DNA of 64,000 nt from Selaginella moellendorffii (lineage: Eukaryota; Plantae; Lycopodiophyta): the NCBI RefSeq assembly GCF_000143415.4, contig NW_003314261.1, forward strand, positions 6,666,817 to 6,730,816. The letters run 5' to 3'. The notes below the pieces were generated by a model. The model ran no database searches, was not told where the DNA came from, and saw only the letters and a list, made by a program, of their open reading frames with translations. This document shows positions 1 through 11,400 of the stretch, piece by piece (position 1 is the first letter of the stretch; each line of letters opens with the position of its first letter). A program made the position numbers and the translations under genes.

Positions 1-1138
1 TGCAGCTTGACTATAGCTATAGCCGAATTCAAGGTTCAAGATTTCCCAACATAAACCATCTTTTAAACATGTATGTTTGAGGTTGTTGAATAATGAACCG
101 AGAAAAAACCCAACTTCCGTGGTTTCATGGCAGATGCTATTGATGCTAACTGGTTGGCTGTATGATAAGTATTTGGAAGTGATAAAAGTCAGCCATTACA
201 AGGTAAAGAAAAGAGTTGTGAGTTTCATTAGGCAAAGAGCATCAATGAACATTGCCGATGCATCAAATATAGCTTCCATCACGAATTCAAGCAGCTTTGT
301 CGGGAATGGATGGATGCACCAACTAAAGAGGAGCACGAAGCAAAAGCAAATGAGATGTGCATATGGTGGCATGAAGGAGACAAAATGTCAATTAAACACC
401 TTCTACAAATAGAGTGTTGGCTTGCATGGTGAGAAGTTTGAATATTCAGTAGGGCCATTATATTCTCTATATAAGTTTTCTCTTATTTTCTTTTTTTGCC
501 ACATTTAAATATTGCATTTTTCCTAGGATCAACCACTTGACAACATTGCACTTACACTAACAATTAATCTCTCTGAGTGCAAACATTGGAGTTGGAGAGC
601 TTCCGAAGTAGGAAAAGGAAAAGTGTCCCTCTATGAAGCTACACTCTTTGACCTCACTAGATATCTTGAGCAGTCAAGAGCAGTCAAAAGCTTTGGCTGC
701 ACAGGAAGCAAGGTTTGCTGGTACAGGTCCAAACTTAGATAAGCTTCGAGAGCAGGTTGGTAGAAGGACAACACCAGTAGCAAAGTCAATATCTAAGATG
801 GTAGGGGAAGTTGTTATTGGAACTCCTATGGAATCAAGTTATGAACCACTTGGGCACATGAGGATAGCTTGTTTAAAGTGTCAATAGACATTTGATGGGC
901 TTAACATCACTCCTTCTAGCTCTCACCGTCTAAAGTTTGATTACCATTCTGTTCTATGATACCGAAGAAAAACTAAGGAACATGGAGTGGAGGAAGTGCC
1001 AATTGTTACACAAGTAAATCTGATGTTAGAGGTTGAGAAGATTATTGCTCGTGAGCCAGTTTCTCGTATCAACTGGGCAATTCGAAGAGTCAGTGCTAAA
1101 AGTAATGTGTGTTGCTCCAGAATGATTGGGAGTCGAGG
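1..1138 (+). pseudogene. Mutator/MULE-like transposase remnant, 5' part (interrupted by LTR element A)
   Basis: Manual translation gives PNFRGFMADAIDANWLAV**VFG...KSCEFH*AKSINEHC, matching the MULE pattern FMxD...CxFH, with several stops. It continues after the TSD at 22707. Confidence 0.65.
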
Positions 1139-1143
1139 CTAGT

Positions 1144-2385
1144 TGTAAGCCACAAATTTTTCCTTTCCAATTTGCCAGCTTACCTCGCCTATCCGACCAA
1201 CTCTGCCTTGGCTTGTGCTAAGTTCCCTCGCCAAGGTTCTCGCCTATGGTACCAGCTCCTACTTGGTTTCAGCTACTTACTGCACGAGCAACGGAGTGTT
1301 AGCCATCCATCTACGGATTCCCAAATCTCTCCCAATCCCCCTCCCCGGGTTAGACTGGACTTAAGGTTCAGCTACACTCCCCGCAGGCACAAGCAGCCAA
1401 GCACACCAAGCCTCCAGATTCCTAACACCCCTTGGTACCACAAGACTTGATCATGGGACCCTCTAAATCCCAAGCCTTGAGTGCAGCACTTGCTTCGGGA
1501 CGTCGGGGCGAAACACCGTGGCCTAACGGCCCGGTATGGGTACCTCTACCCCCCCCCTCTTCCATCCCGAAGGGAAGGCCCAAGCCCCCGGAAGGGCGAG
1601 GACCAATGTGCCACAAGGTACTCAAGTGGGGCACCACTCCACCTGAGCCGGGAGCACCGCAGTCGGTTTCCCTTTCGGGAGTGGGAGCTGCTCTTGAGCA
1701 CTTCCTTGGATGGCCCCTCCGGCACCAGCCAAGTCCATGCTCACTCCCACCCAAGGCCCCTCGGTCCCAGTCTCAACCTCAAGTCGGTTTGGAAGCCCAA
1801 CTGGAGAGTCCCTTCAAAACTGGTTCCTGGACCTCACTATCCCTACTATACTTTNNNNNNNNNNNNNNNNNNNNNNNNNNNNNNNNNNNNNNNNNNNNNN
1901 NNNNNNNNNNNNNNNNNNNNNNNNNNNNNNNNNNNNNNNNNNNNNNNNNNNNNNCCCCCCCCCCCCCCCCCCTGGGAGACGCACGCTTTGGGCTTTCACC
2001 CCTTGACCCGTATTAGTATTTGGACTTAGTCTCTGGCTCGATCTCGGACCCGATTTCGGATCCGACTTCGGATTCGGTCTCGAACTCGATTTCAGACTCG
2101 ATCTTGGACCTGATCTCGGACCCGACCTCGGACTCGACCTCGGACTCGGTCTCGGACCTGATTTCGGATCTCGGACTCCATCTCGAACTCGGTCTCGAAC
2201 TCGGACTCGAACTCGGTCCCCGAGTCAGTCTCGGACTCGATTCCGGACTCTATCTCGAACTCGGTCCTAGAGTCGGTCTTGGACTCGATCCTCGACTTGG
2301 TCCCATCCGATGAACTCTTTGTCATTTCGGTCAAGCTTTTGGGGATCCTTTAGCCTACGACATCTCGGGGAGTCGGTTCCTTACA
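1144..2385 (-). repeat. 3' LTR of element A (contains a 100-N gap at 1855-1954)
   Basis: Direct repeat of 21550-22701, about 19 substitutions by eye. Confidence 0.95.
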
Positions 2386-2400
2386 ACTCCACCACCCATC
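2386..2400 (-). other. Polypurine tract of A
   Basis: Minus strand GATGGGTGGTGGAGT abutting the 3' LTR; B has the same tract at 16380-16393. Confidence 0.75.
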
Positions 2401-3167
2401 GAAGAAGTTCGATGCCCACATCGAACGTCTCGTTTTATCCTACGACTTGTTGACCATGTCTCCGGCATCCCCCCACTTAGCGGTGTGCCTAAGTTAGCCT
2501 CCCCGGCCAAGAGCCCATGACAACGGAATATAGGTGTCCCTATACTCCTCACCTCACCACGCCCTAGTATGGGGTCGGGACCTGAACCCAGCCTTGCTTT
2601 ACTAGGGGGTTGGGACTCGAACCCAACCTCTGTAGAATACGTCTACGGATTCGACATCCCCGCGGGGAGTCGGGCGTAGTGCCCTACGCCTGGTCGACCT
2701 ATCCAACCCATGCTAATTAGCTTACCTTTGGCGCGCCTTCGGGTCCCAACATATTGCACTTGCTCAACTTTGCAAATTGATATTTTTAATTGAATTTTGC
2801 ATAAGTACATAGAGTTCTGCCTTGCAGAAATTCCTCCACTAGATCTCGAGCGTTCGCTAGGTTCCCCTCCGGTTCCCATGTTGCTTCACAGTGTGGAAAT
2901 CCTCTCCACTTCACATGGAACTCTCTCACCTCGCATCCTTGTCGCTTGCTCTTGCGCGCATTGAGGATGGCCTCGACTTCGTATTCCTCTTCCCCTTGGA
3001 TAACCTCAGGAAAAGGTCTCACTTGGTCCTTGCAAAGCGGATCCTCAAAGTACGGCTTGAGTAAGTTCATGTGGAACACTGGGTGCATCTTCCCCATCTC
3101 TCGAGGAAGTCGGAGTCGGTAAGCCACTTTACCGATTCGTGCCTCAATCTCGTAAGGCCCCGCGAAC

Positions 3168-3219
3168 CTGCTTAAGGAACTCAAGATCAATTCATTTACA
3201 GGAATACATGCATCTTTAC
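3168..3219 (-). other. 52-nt spliceosomal-type intron before the GPY/F motif
   Basis: CAAAG|gtaaag...ttccttaagcag|GTTCGCG; removal restores KLTQRFAGPY in frame. Confidence 0.85.
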
Positions 3220-3637
3220 CTTTGGGTCAACTTTCGGCTGATCCCACTTGGTAGTCTGAGGTTCTTGGTGTTCAGCCACACCTTCTCCCCAGCTTGGAAC
3301 TCTACATCCCGACGCTTCTGATTCGCGTATTTGGTTTGCCTTTGTTGAGCCCGTTCCAAGGAATCCCTCACTAGATTTCAAATGCTGAGTCTTTCCGCCG
3401 TGAATGCCTCCACTGCGGGCAACTCTCCATGATACTCGGCCACGCCGAGTTCCACAGGACCTTCAATAGCTCGCCCATTGATGACTTCCCATGGACTCAC
3501 CCCGATACTCGAATGTGGTGAGTTGTTATAACACATTTCCGCAAGTCCCAAATGACTTACCCAATCGGTCTGGTCTCCCGAGACATAGCATCGCAAATAA
3601 TCCTCCAGCTGCCTATTCACCCTTTCCGTTTGTCCGT

Positions 3638-3683
3638 CTGTCAAGAAGTGTTAGTGCCAACAACTTGACTTAATACCCCATAC
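3638..3683 (-). other. 46-nt spliceosomal-type intron in the integrase core
   Basis: CAGACAG|gtatgg...cactaac...tgacag|ACGGA; removal restores YHPQTDGQTER in frame. Confidence 0.85.
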
Positions 3684-4451
3684 CTGTCTGTGGGTGATAG
3701 GCTGTGCTGAATTTCAACTTGGTGCGATACTGTTCGAGGAGAGTCCTCCAGAACCTACTGGTGACGATCTTATCTCGATCTGAGATGATCTCTTCTGGTC
3801 TTCCCCGCACTCGAACCACTTGCTCGAAGAACAGCTTCGCCACACCTTCCGCATCCACTTCTGTTGTGGTGGGTATGAAATGTGCCATTTTCGAAAATCA
3901 GTCCACCACCACAAATATCGCATCAAACCCCTCGCTTGGGGGGAGTCCCGTGATGAAGTCCATCGTAAGACATTTCCACGGGCGATCTGGAATTGGGATG
4001 CTTTGCAACAAGCCCCCACTAGCCTTAGTCACGGCTTTTACCTGTTGACATGTTGGACATGTCTTTACATAGTCTTAGACGTCCTTAGCCATATCTGGCC
4101 AATGGTACTTCCTTTTGAGTAAGCCCATCGTCTTGGGCACTCCACCGTGTCCCGCAAGAGGTCCGTCATGACACTCTTCTAAGGCCACCTTCCTTAGTTC
4201 CCCTTCTGGAACATACACCTGTGAGACACAAAATCCCTAGGCCCCAAAGTGGAGCCGGAAGGGCGCCACATGGTAGTGGCCGAAGCGAGAGCCAAACGAG
4301 CGTAACACGTTTGGACCAAAAGCTCCGACTTGAAAAGTCAAGAGCGGGAGTGGAACTCCCAACGAAGTGCTCGAGGAACGAGCACGAAGCAAGCAAAAGG
4401 CAAGGCTCCAAAAAGGAACCCAAAAAGGACCAACACATGACACGTGGGAGT

Positions 4452-5037
4452 GTCCGAGATGGACTCGAGATGGAGTCCGAGATGGAGTCCGAGATGGACC
4501 CGAGATGGAGTCCGAGATGGAGTCCGAGATGAAGTCCGAGGTGGACCCGAGATGGACCCGAGTTGGAGTCCAAAGTGGAGTCCGAGATGGACCCGAGATG
4601 GAGTCCGAGATGGAGTCCGAGGTGGACCCGAGATGGACCCGAAATGGAGTCCGAGATGGAGTCTGAGATGGACCCGAGATGGAGTCCGAGATGGAGTCCG
4701 AGATGGAGTCCGAGATGGAGTCCGAGGTGGACCCGAGATGGACCCGAAATGGAGTCCGAGATGGAGTCCGAGATGGACCCGAGATGGAGTCCGAGATGGA
4801 GTCCGAGATGGACCCGAGATGGACCCGAGATGGAGTCCGAGATGGAGTCCGAGATGGAGTCCGAGATGGAGTCCGAAGTCGAGACCGAGACCGGAACCGA
4901 GACCGGGACCGAGACCGAGACCGAGACCGAGATCGGGACCGAGACCGAGACCGAGGCCGAGGCCAAGACCGAGGCCGAGGCCGAGTCCGAGTCCGAGTCC
5001 GAGTCCGAGTCCGAGTCCGAGTCCGAGTCCGAGTCCG
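4452..5037 (+). repeat. Hexamer/dodecamer tandem array (GAGATG-GAGTCC, GAGACC, GAGTCC) in the 5' LTR of B
   Basis: Direct reading of the sequence; second copy at ~16626-17193 differs in unit number. Confidence 0.95.
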
Positions 5038-5410
5038 GAGCCTGAGAGGGTGAAAGCCCAAAGCGTTCGTCTCCCAGACCCTGGGGGGTTTGGTGAGCTC
5101 CAAAAGTATAGTAGGGGGAGGACTGCAGTGGAGCCAGTTTGGCCAGGAAAGGCCAGTTTGGCCCAGGAAGGCCAGACCCAGTGTTGGGTGATGAACTGAC
5201 CACTGGGAAGTCCAAGACTAGAGTGAATACGGACCGACAAGCGGGGTAGCTTGGTGAAGTGTTCAAGAGCCGGCTCTAGTTTCCCCGGGAGATCGACTGG
5301 CCGATGCTCCCAGTCCAAGTGTGGGTGGCACTACCTACTTGGATACCAAGCGTGGCTCAATGGAACCTCGCTCTAAGCCCATGGCTAGAGCACCTAAAGG
5401 CGATAGGTGG

Positions 5411-8400
5411 TGTCGCGAATGTGACTTCGGGTATCGAAAGTTACCTGTCGACCAGTCCTTACGGACACTCTTACCTTACTGCCACGATGGTAGGAGGTCG
5501 ATATTGCTGGACCCTTTATCAGCCCCTCTTGTTCAAGTGTTAGTAAACTGGACTTTGCATCTGTACTTGGCCGGATGAGCATAAGGAAGGAATTCCTAAG
5601 TGTCTATTTAGCTGAGCATACTCGGCCCGGCTTGTTAGTTCTCTTTTGCTCTGTCTTGCACTGGCTTGACAAGAACCCTCGCGTATTGAGATTGGTCCCT
5701 CAATATCGCTACATGATAGCTTACCGTGTCTGCCAAACACCCTCGCTATCATGCCCTTTGTGTTAGTCTCAATTCGTCCCAGATGCTATTTATGGAAAGT
5801 GTCCAGATTTGCTCATTTGGCATATCTACGGAATGTAGAGATCGTTCTGAACACAATGGTGTTCGTCCCGTGTCCAAATTCACAATCTAAGGACATTCCA
5901 TATTTAGTAAGTTTTGAGCTTGTCCCAGAGACTAACTCCTGATACTAAGGGAGGCTTGGGGTGAAAGCCCAAAGCGTGTGTTCCTCAAGGGGGGGGGGCT
6001 ATGGGGGGTTCCAAATGTATAGTAGGGATAGTGGGTAGGTCGGGCATGGCCGACCAACCTGAGGCATAGTCTAGCTCCCGCTTGCGTGCCTGTCCTTGTT
6101 CTGTGTCCGGCTTGGGTCTAAGCCCAAGTTCCATTCCATGCTAGTTGGTGGAGTACCCATATCCTTGCGTTAGGCCACCGGTATGCCGAAATAGCGCCAG
6201 ACTCCGTTTGGCTCCGTTTTGCGTGCTGGTCCTGGCATTGGGATGCTGGTTGCTTCAGGACTGTTCCAAGTTGCTCCGGGCCCCTGTCCCTTCGCTCCTT
6301 GGGCTGTATGCTCGGGAGTTGCACCGTGGTTCGGTTCCATCACTCCTTGGCTCCACGCTTGGGAGTTTGGCACCGTTTCTTCGTTCAGTGGCCCAAGGCC
6401 CTGAACCTCGGGTTCCTATGCACACGTGGCACGGACACGTGGTATGTGACACGTGGCATCTGTCACGTGGCACAAAGAGGGTTTAGGTTCCGCTTCGTGG
6501 TGTTATCCTATGGTAAATCACCATAGTACAAAGGGTCAAAACCACGTGCGCTACATTTGGTATCAGAGGATGAGTCTCAGCGAGTACTATTCAATGAGAT
6601 TGGGCAACTAGTCTCGTTGCATACGCAGAGATGAAAACGATGATCCGAGTGGGTACACGTTTAGGTGCAATGACTTCGCAATCGTTCCTTGGGATAGGTT
6701 TTGGGTTACCTTGTTGTACCTTATGATGTAAGCTTGCGCTTGGGCTCATAAGATGGTTTGGAGATGTTCCATTTGCACGAGTTTGAGCTTGGGCTCGTGA
6801 GTGAGGCGCATTAGCAACTCAAAGTTATACTTTGAGTTGGCAGGATTAATGTAAGCCTATCGATGGTTCCAGTGGTTCCATGAGTTGTTCCATGTACCGT
6901 GGGTGAAAGCAAACCTCCCTGGGTTTGCTATGAGTGGCAAATAGGCTGGTCTGTAGCTGTTTAGCATGGTACTAGTGGATCCTTCCTAGGCATGATTATA
7001 AGTGGATCAATCAAGACTGTAGGGAATAGTCTATTGGTTCAAGTAATCATTGCCGTGCTCCCTCATAAACTTTTCTTGGATTGAACTAAAGGCAGTGCGA
7101 AAGCAAGCTTGAGGTTTGGTCAAAGATGAGACCGAAAAGAGAGTCATCGGGGACGAAGGATCAAACACGTAAATCATCTTCTCTTCTTGGAGAGATGATT
7201 TGCAACGAGGTGTGACTCATTGCTCGTGTTCACATTATGCAATCAAGAGTCCCTACCTTGATGCATGTTGGAGATGGTGGTCTTACAAGTGGTGAGTTAT
7301 GGGATGGATAGTGGTGAAACACTAAACCATTTTGTCTAGGCTTGCTATTGGAAGACTTGGGTTGCAATGCTCAATTCTTTTCTGGGGAACCTTGTTATTG
7401 CTCCTTGAGTAGCTTGGTGTTGGAATAGTTTTGAGATTGGTCGGAAAGAGAGTGGCATAAGCTTGTCTGTGTTGTGAACAAAAGTTAGTGGTGTTGGGTG
7501 TCGTAAATCTCTACTGGTGGAGTGTGGCATTTATGTTGCATTTTGTCGAATCAAGTTGGCATTTGATACTCACATAAACATTTGAAGTAATGACATAAGC
7601 CTTGCTCATTGCGTTACTCAATTGATGATCAAGTCATTGTGATTTATATCATATCCATGTGATAATGAGCAATGTGTTTACGAAGTTGTTTGGGTAAATG
7701 ATGATCAACCCCAAAGTGGTTGATGGAGAAGCTAGTCTACTTGCACGAAGTAGCATTGTAGTAGCCTTGACTGGATTCTCAATGGTGATCCATTGTGCTA
7801 AGCTTAAGTTGGTACCTTATTTCCTTGAGGGTTTGCCCATTAGGTGTTGGAAAAGGGTTGTAGCATTCATTTGCTATAGCTTGTCAGTTGATCCGTTAGC
7901 ACTTGGAGTAGATTGTTGGATGGAGAAGATGTGTAGTTGAGGCATTAACATTGCTAGCACTTGTGTTAGTGGAAGTGGCATTGTTATTTCAAGTGATGAG
8001 GAATTTTCCTTGGACCTTGATTTTTCCATGTCATTTTTCTTGTTAGTGTTTTGGCTTCACATTGGATCTTGAAAGTGATTGAAGAAGAGCGTTAGTGCAA
8101 TATGGATATCCGAAGATGTGGTCTTCGTGATCAAGCTTTGGATGTTCATTTTGCATTTTACGGATGTCGGAGTTGGATATCGGAAATATGGGCAAAAAGA
8201 TGTTCGATGCTTAAGCATATTATGGATCATAAGAATCTGTGTCGAGGTGAACCTATGTGAAGTTGTTTGTAGGATGAAGTTGGTTGAGTCTTGAAAGTTT
8301 GCAATCCTGGACTGAGAGTCATTCTTTCTCTAGGATGGAAATTTTCCACAAATTTTCTTAGGCTTTTCCAATGGCTGATCTGTTGATCACTTTGTCCGAA

Positions 8401-11400
8401 AACCTTTCCGTTTTCGTAAGCCAGTACAAACTAGTGAAGGGGTTGGAGTTGACTTCGGTTGGCTTAAATCTTAATAGGTAGTTTGTATGATGCGGCCCGA
8501 AAGGGATGCTGACTTTTGAGGCTAAGGCAATTAAGTTGGATAGAGTCTAGAGTTGGTATAGAAAAGTGGCCGTTACACTTTTCTAAGAAGGGTGACTCTT
8601 GTGCCTTTCTTTTGTAGCATTATGCTCGGTGGCAGGTTGCACCTTGCATTATGTTAGACTCTATGAGAGTAGTGAGCTCTCACTGATCTTGACTTGGTTT
8701 TGGTGGCCCTGCGCCTTGGCTGAGGATGGTGATGTCCAACTTAGTTGTTTGAAGTTGAGATGTTAGTACCCGTACTATAGCTTTGTCTATGAGGAGGTTG
8801 TGTACCAATATAGATCCATCTCATGGTCTTCACTTTAGTTTCAGCTGAGTGTTGATCATGCATAGCTAGCCTCTTCAAAACATGCTCAGAGCTATTGGCT
8901 AAATGCATTGGTGAGCTTATTGCAGTTGAGTTGGATTCGAGTGGTCATTTAGTTTGTGCTTGTCAATGAACTTTTATCTCATACCGAAGGTATCACGTTC
9001 ATGTTGGACAAGTGTATGACTCGATGACGTGAGTTTAGTGTTTGGGTCTTGTAAAGACAAGTTGAAAGAGTGATTGTTAGTTGCTTTGCGACTAATGATT
9101 GCTTGTAGACTTTGTCAAAAGACTGTTGACACTTGCTTCACTCGATGATGATTTAGCAATGATAGGTTTGCTTTACCGGATGGTGTTGCGGAGGATCGTG
9201 TCGTTAGACTTACATGGTTTTTCCATGTTGACATGTCGACTCTATCTCTGTCGATATCATTTGGTTGCATTTAGTTCGTGGTGTTGGATTTCATTAAGTC
9301 TTGGACGTGGTGAATCACTCCTTGATGAAGTGTTATCTGTAACTGAGTTTTGTTGAAGGATTGGTCTCAGATACTGACTAAAGTATCTTCGACTTTGGTT
9401 AGCTTGGTTGCTGGAGAGTTTTGAGTGGTGATTCACTCGTGCTTTCTTCTAGCTTTGTCCTGGTGTTGATGCCATTAAAGTGATGCCTTGTCATTGATAT
9501 TGTTGATATTGAGATCTGAGTGAAATGAGATATCCTTCCAAGGATTGATATTGAGTTTCATTAGTCTTGATGAATATAGTGTTGATGATTTGGCTATAGC
9601 TTTGTGTTGTTGGCATTCATGCATTTGCTAGTTAGCAACTGTGTTGACGTTCAAATGAACTGAGTGGCAAGTTTGGGTTAGTTGTGTTCTAGACGAGATT
9701 GCTTAGTTGAAGTTGAGCTTTAGCTTTTCCTTGAAAAGTGATTTAGTCGTGAACAATGCTACCTCTATAAGAGGAAGAGTTAGTGATTGGCATTGAAGTG
9801 ATTGAATCCTTCTTGGATTTCAATTGAGATATATCAATCATTAATGATTTTTTTTGTGCTTGTTATGAGGTGAGTTACGTCTTGCTGTAGATGGATTCAT
9901 GGAGGATCATTTGATGATCACTTGTTGAGCATAGCTTCGTTATACTTAGCTTTTGGATTGATGCAGAAATGCTCTTCATTAGCTTTGGTATTATGAAGTT
10001 TGGCTTATGGATGTGTTGAGGAAGATATTGTGGGTTGCACCATGATTTCTTCTTTAGCATTGAAGTTAGCTTCTATGTGACTCGTGATCATTGTTAGACA
10101 AGACTTGGCTATAGACTTCTTTGAACTTTCGGTTCCTTGAGTTTTATGCTCATTGTTCCATTTGTTTGAAGTTGTTGGGGGAAGGCATTTTGGCTCATTA
10201 GCTTCGATGTTGAAGTTGGCTTTTGCATCTAGCAATCATTGGTGATGATTAACTATCATCTAGGAAAGTTGATTATCCTTGTCGAAGGTTTTGCTTGCTT
10301 ATCGTTGATCTAGAATGATTTGCCATTCTTCAGGATGGTGGATTCTTTCTTTAATGACGATTATGCATCTCTTTATTGATGGGATGATTGACGATCTTTC
10401 ATGATAGTTGGTTGTTCTCTTTGATGGCTTTTGGCTTTTCGCAATACCACATGTTCTTTGTGGTTTGCTCTGGATTGGTCTCTTGGGTTTGAGACGTCAA
10501 TAGGATGTTGCTGACACTTGCTTAGGCAACTTGAGTTCCTTGGTATTGTTGGCTGGGATCTATTCAGATTGGCTTTTGTGATAGTTGGCAGGCATGAGTG
10601 TTTGTTGGTCTTTCCACATTCATTCTCTTCTGTTGATTGTTGCTCGAGTTAGTTTTGATAGATTTGGATGTTATTTCCTTTGGGTGATACATTCGCGAGC
10701 ATTGTGCTTGTTAGTCAATGATACTTTGTGTTCTTTGAGTTCTCTCTAGTAAGTTGTTGGCTTACTGTCTACTATCTTCGGTAGTTAAGTTCCATCATTG
10801 AGTTTCTTTGATAATATACTAGCTATTGAATTTTGTTGGATGGTCATTCCTGTGTTTGCCAAATTATGATGATGTTGGTGGTTCCTATCTACAATACTAC
10901 TGGTTTATCGGATGATAACTTACTTGGAATACATTTGTGTTCTCATCTAAGCTTTATTCACTGATAATTCAATCTCTACGATATCATTGTTTATGACTTT
11001 GATATAGTCCATATATATTGATCTTTGAGTTTGGGCCAGTATAAGCAGACTGGCTTCGGCACTTCGTGTGCATGGTGAAATCTCTAGTCATGGGGTAGCT
11101 ACTGTCAACTGGTCACATAACCCGCCTCTCTGTCGATGTTCCTTATTCCGTGAAAGGGCGTGACCGTGTAAACAACTCTAAACTGCCTGTTGACAGTAGT
11201 CTATCTAAACCTTACCGACGGGTTTGGTTTCTTTGCTCAGGAGGGTTGTGGCCTCTGGCTTCTCTCTCTATGTCTCTGCGGGCAGGGCATATCACACTTT
11301 TGTAGCTGGGTGACGCCCAGAGCAGCAAGGGTGGCTGATTCCGTTGGTCATTTCCTTGTCGGCGACGGCCGGAAGGTGTCTGAGCTGGTAGCGCATCCGC

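Larger units (their letters stand above)
2786..4219 (-). pseudogene. Integrase plus chromodomain of element A, interrupted by short introns
   Basis: HHCC finger (CHD...GH...TCPTC), MDFITGLP, IISDRD, YHPQT|DGQTER, KLTQR|FAGPY, chromodomain YEVEAIL...VKWRGF...ATWEPEGNL; point stops at ~4075 and 3378. Confidence 0.93.

Noticed and set aside
5185-5215. TGATGAACTGACCACTGGGAAGTCC resembling 5S rRNA (Cassandra-like LTR)
   Set aside because: Only about 10 nt match exactly and no flanking 5S similarity is visible.
4166-5318. Long overlapping ORFs in all six frames (SISD, RS, LGLHLG, MESE repeats); also 16331-17474 and in the A LTRs
   Set aside because: By-product of stop-free hexamer arrays inside LTRs; no domain evidence.
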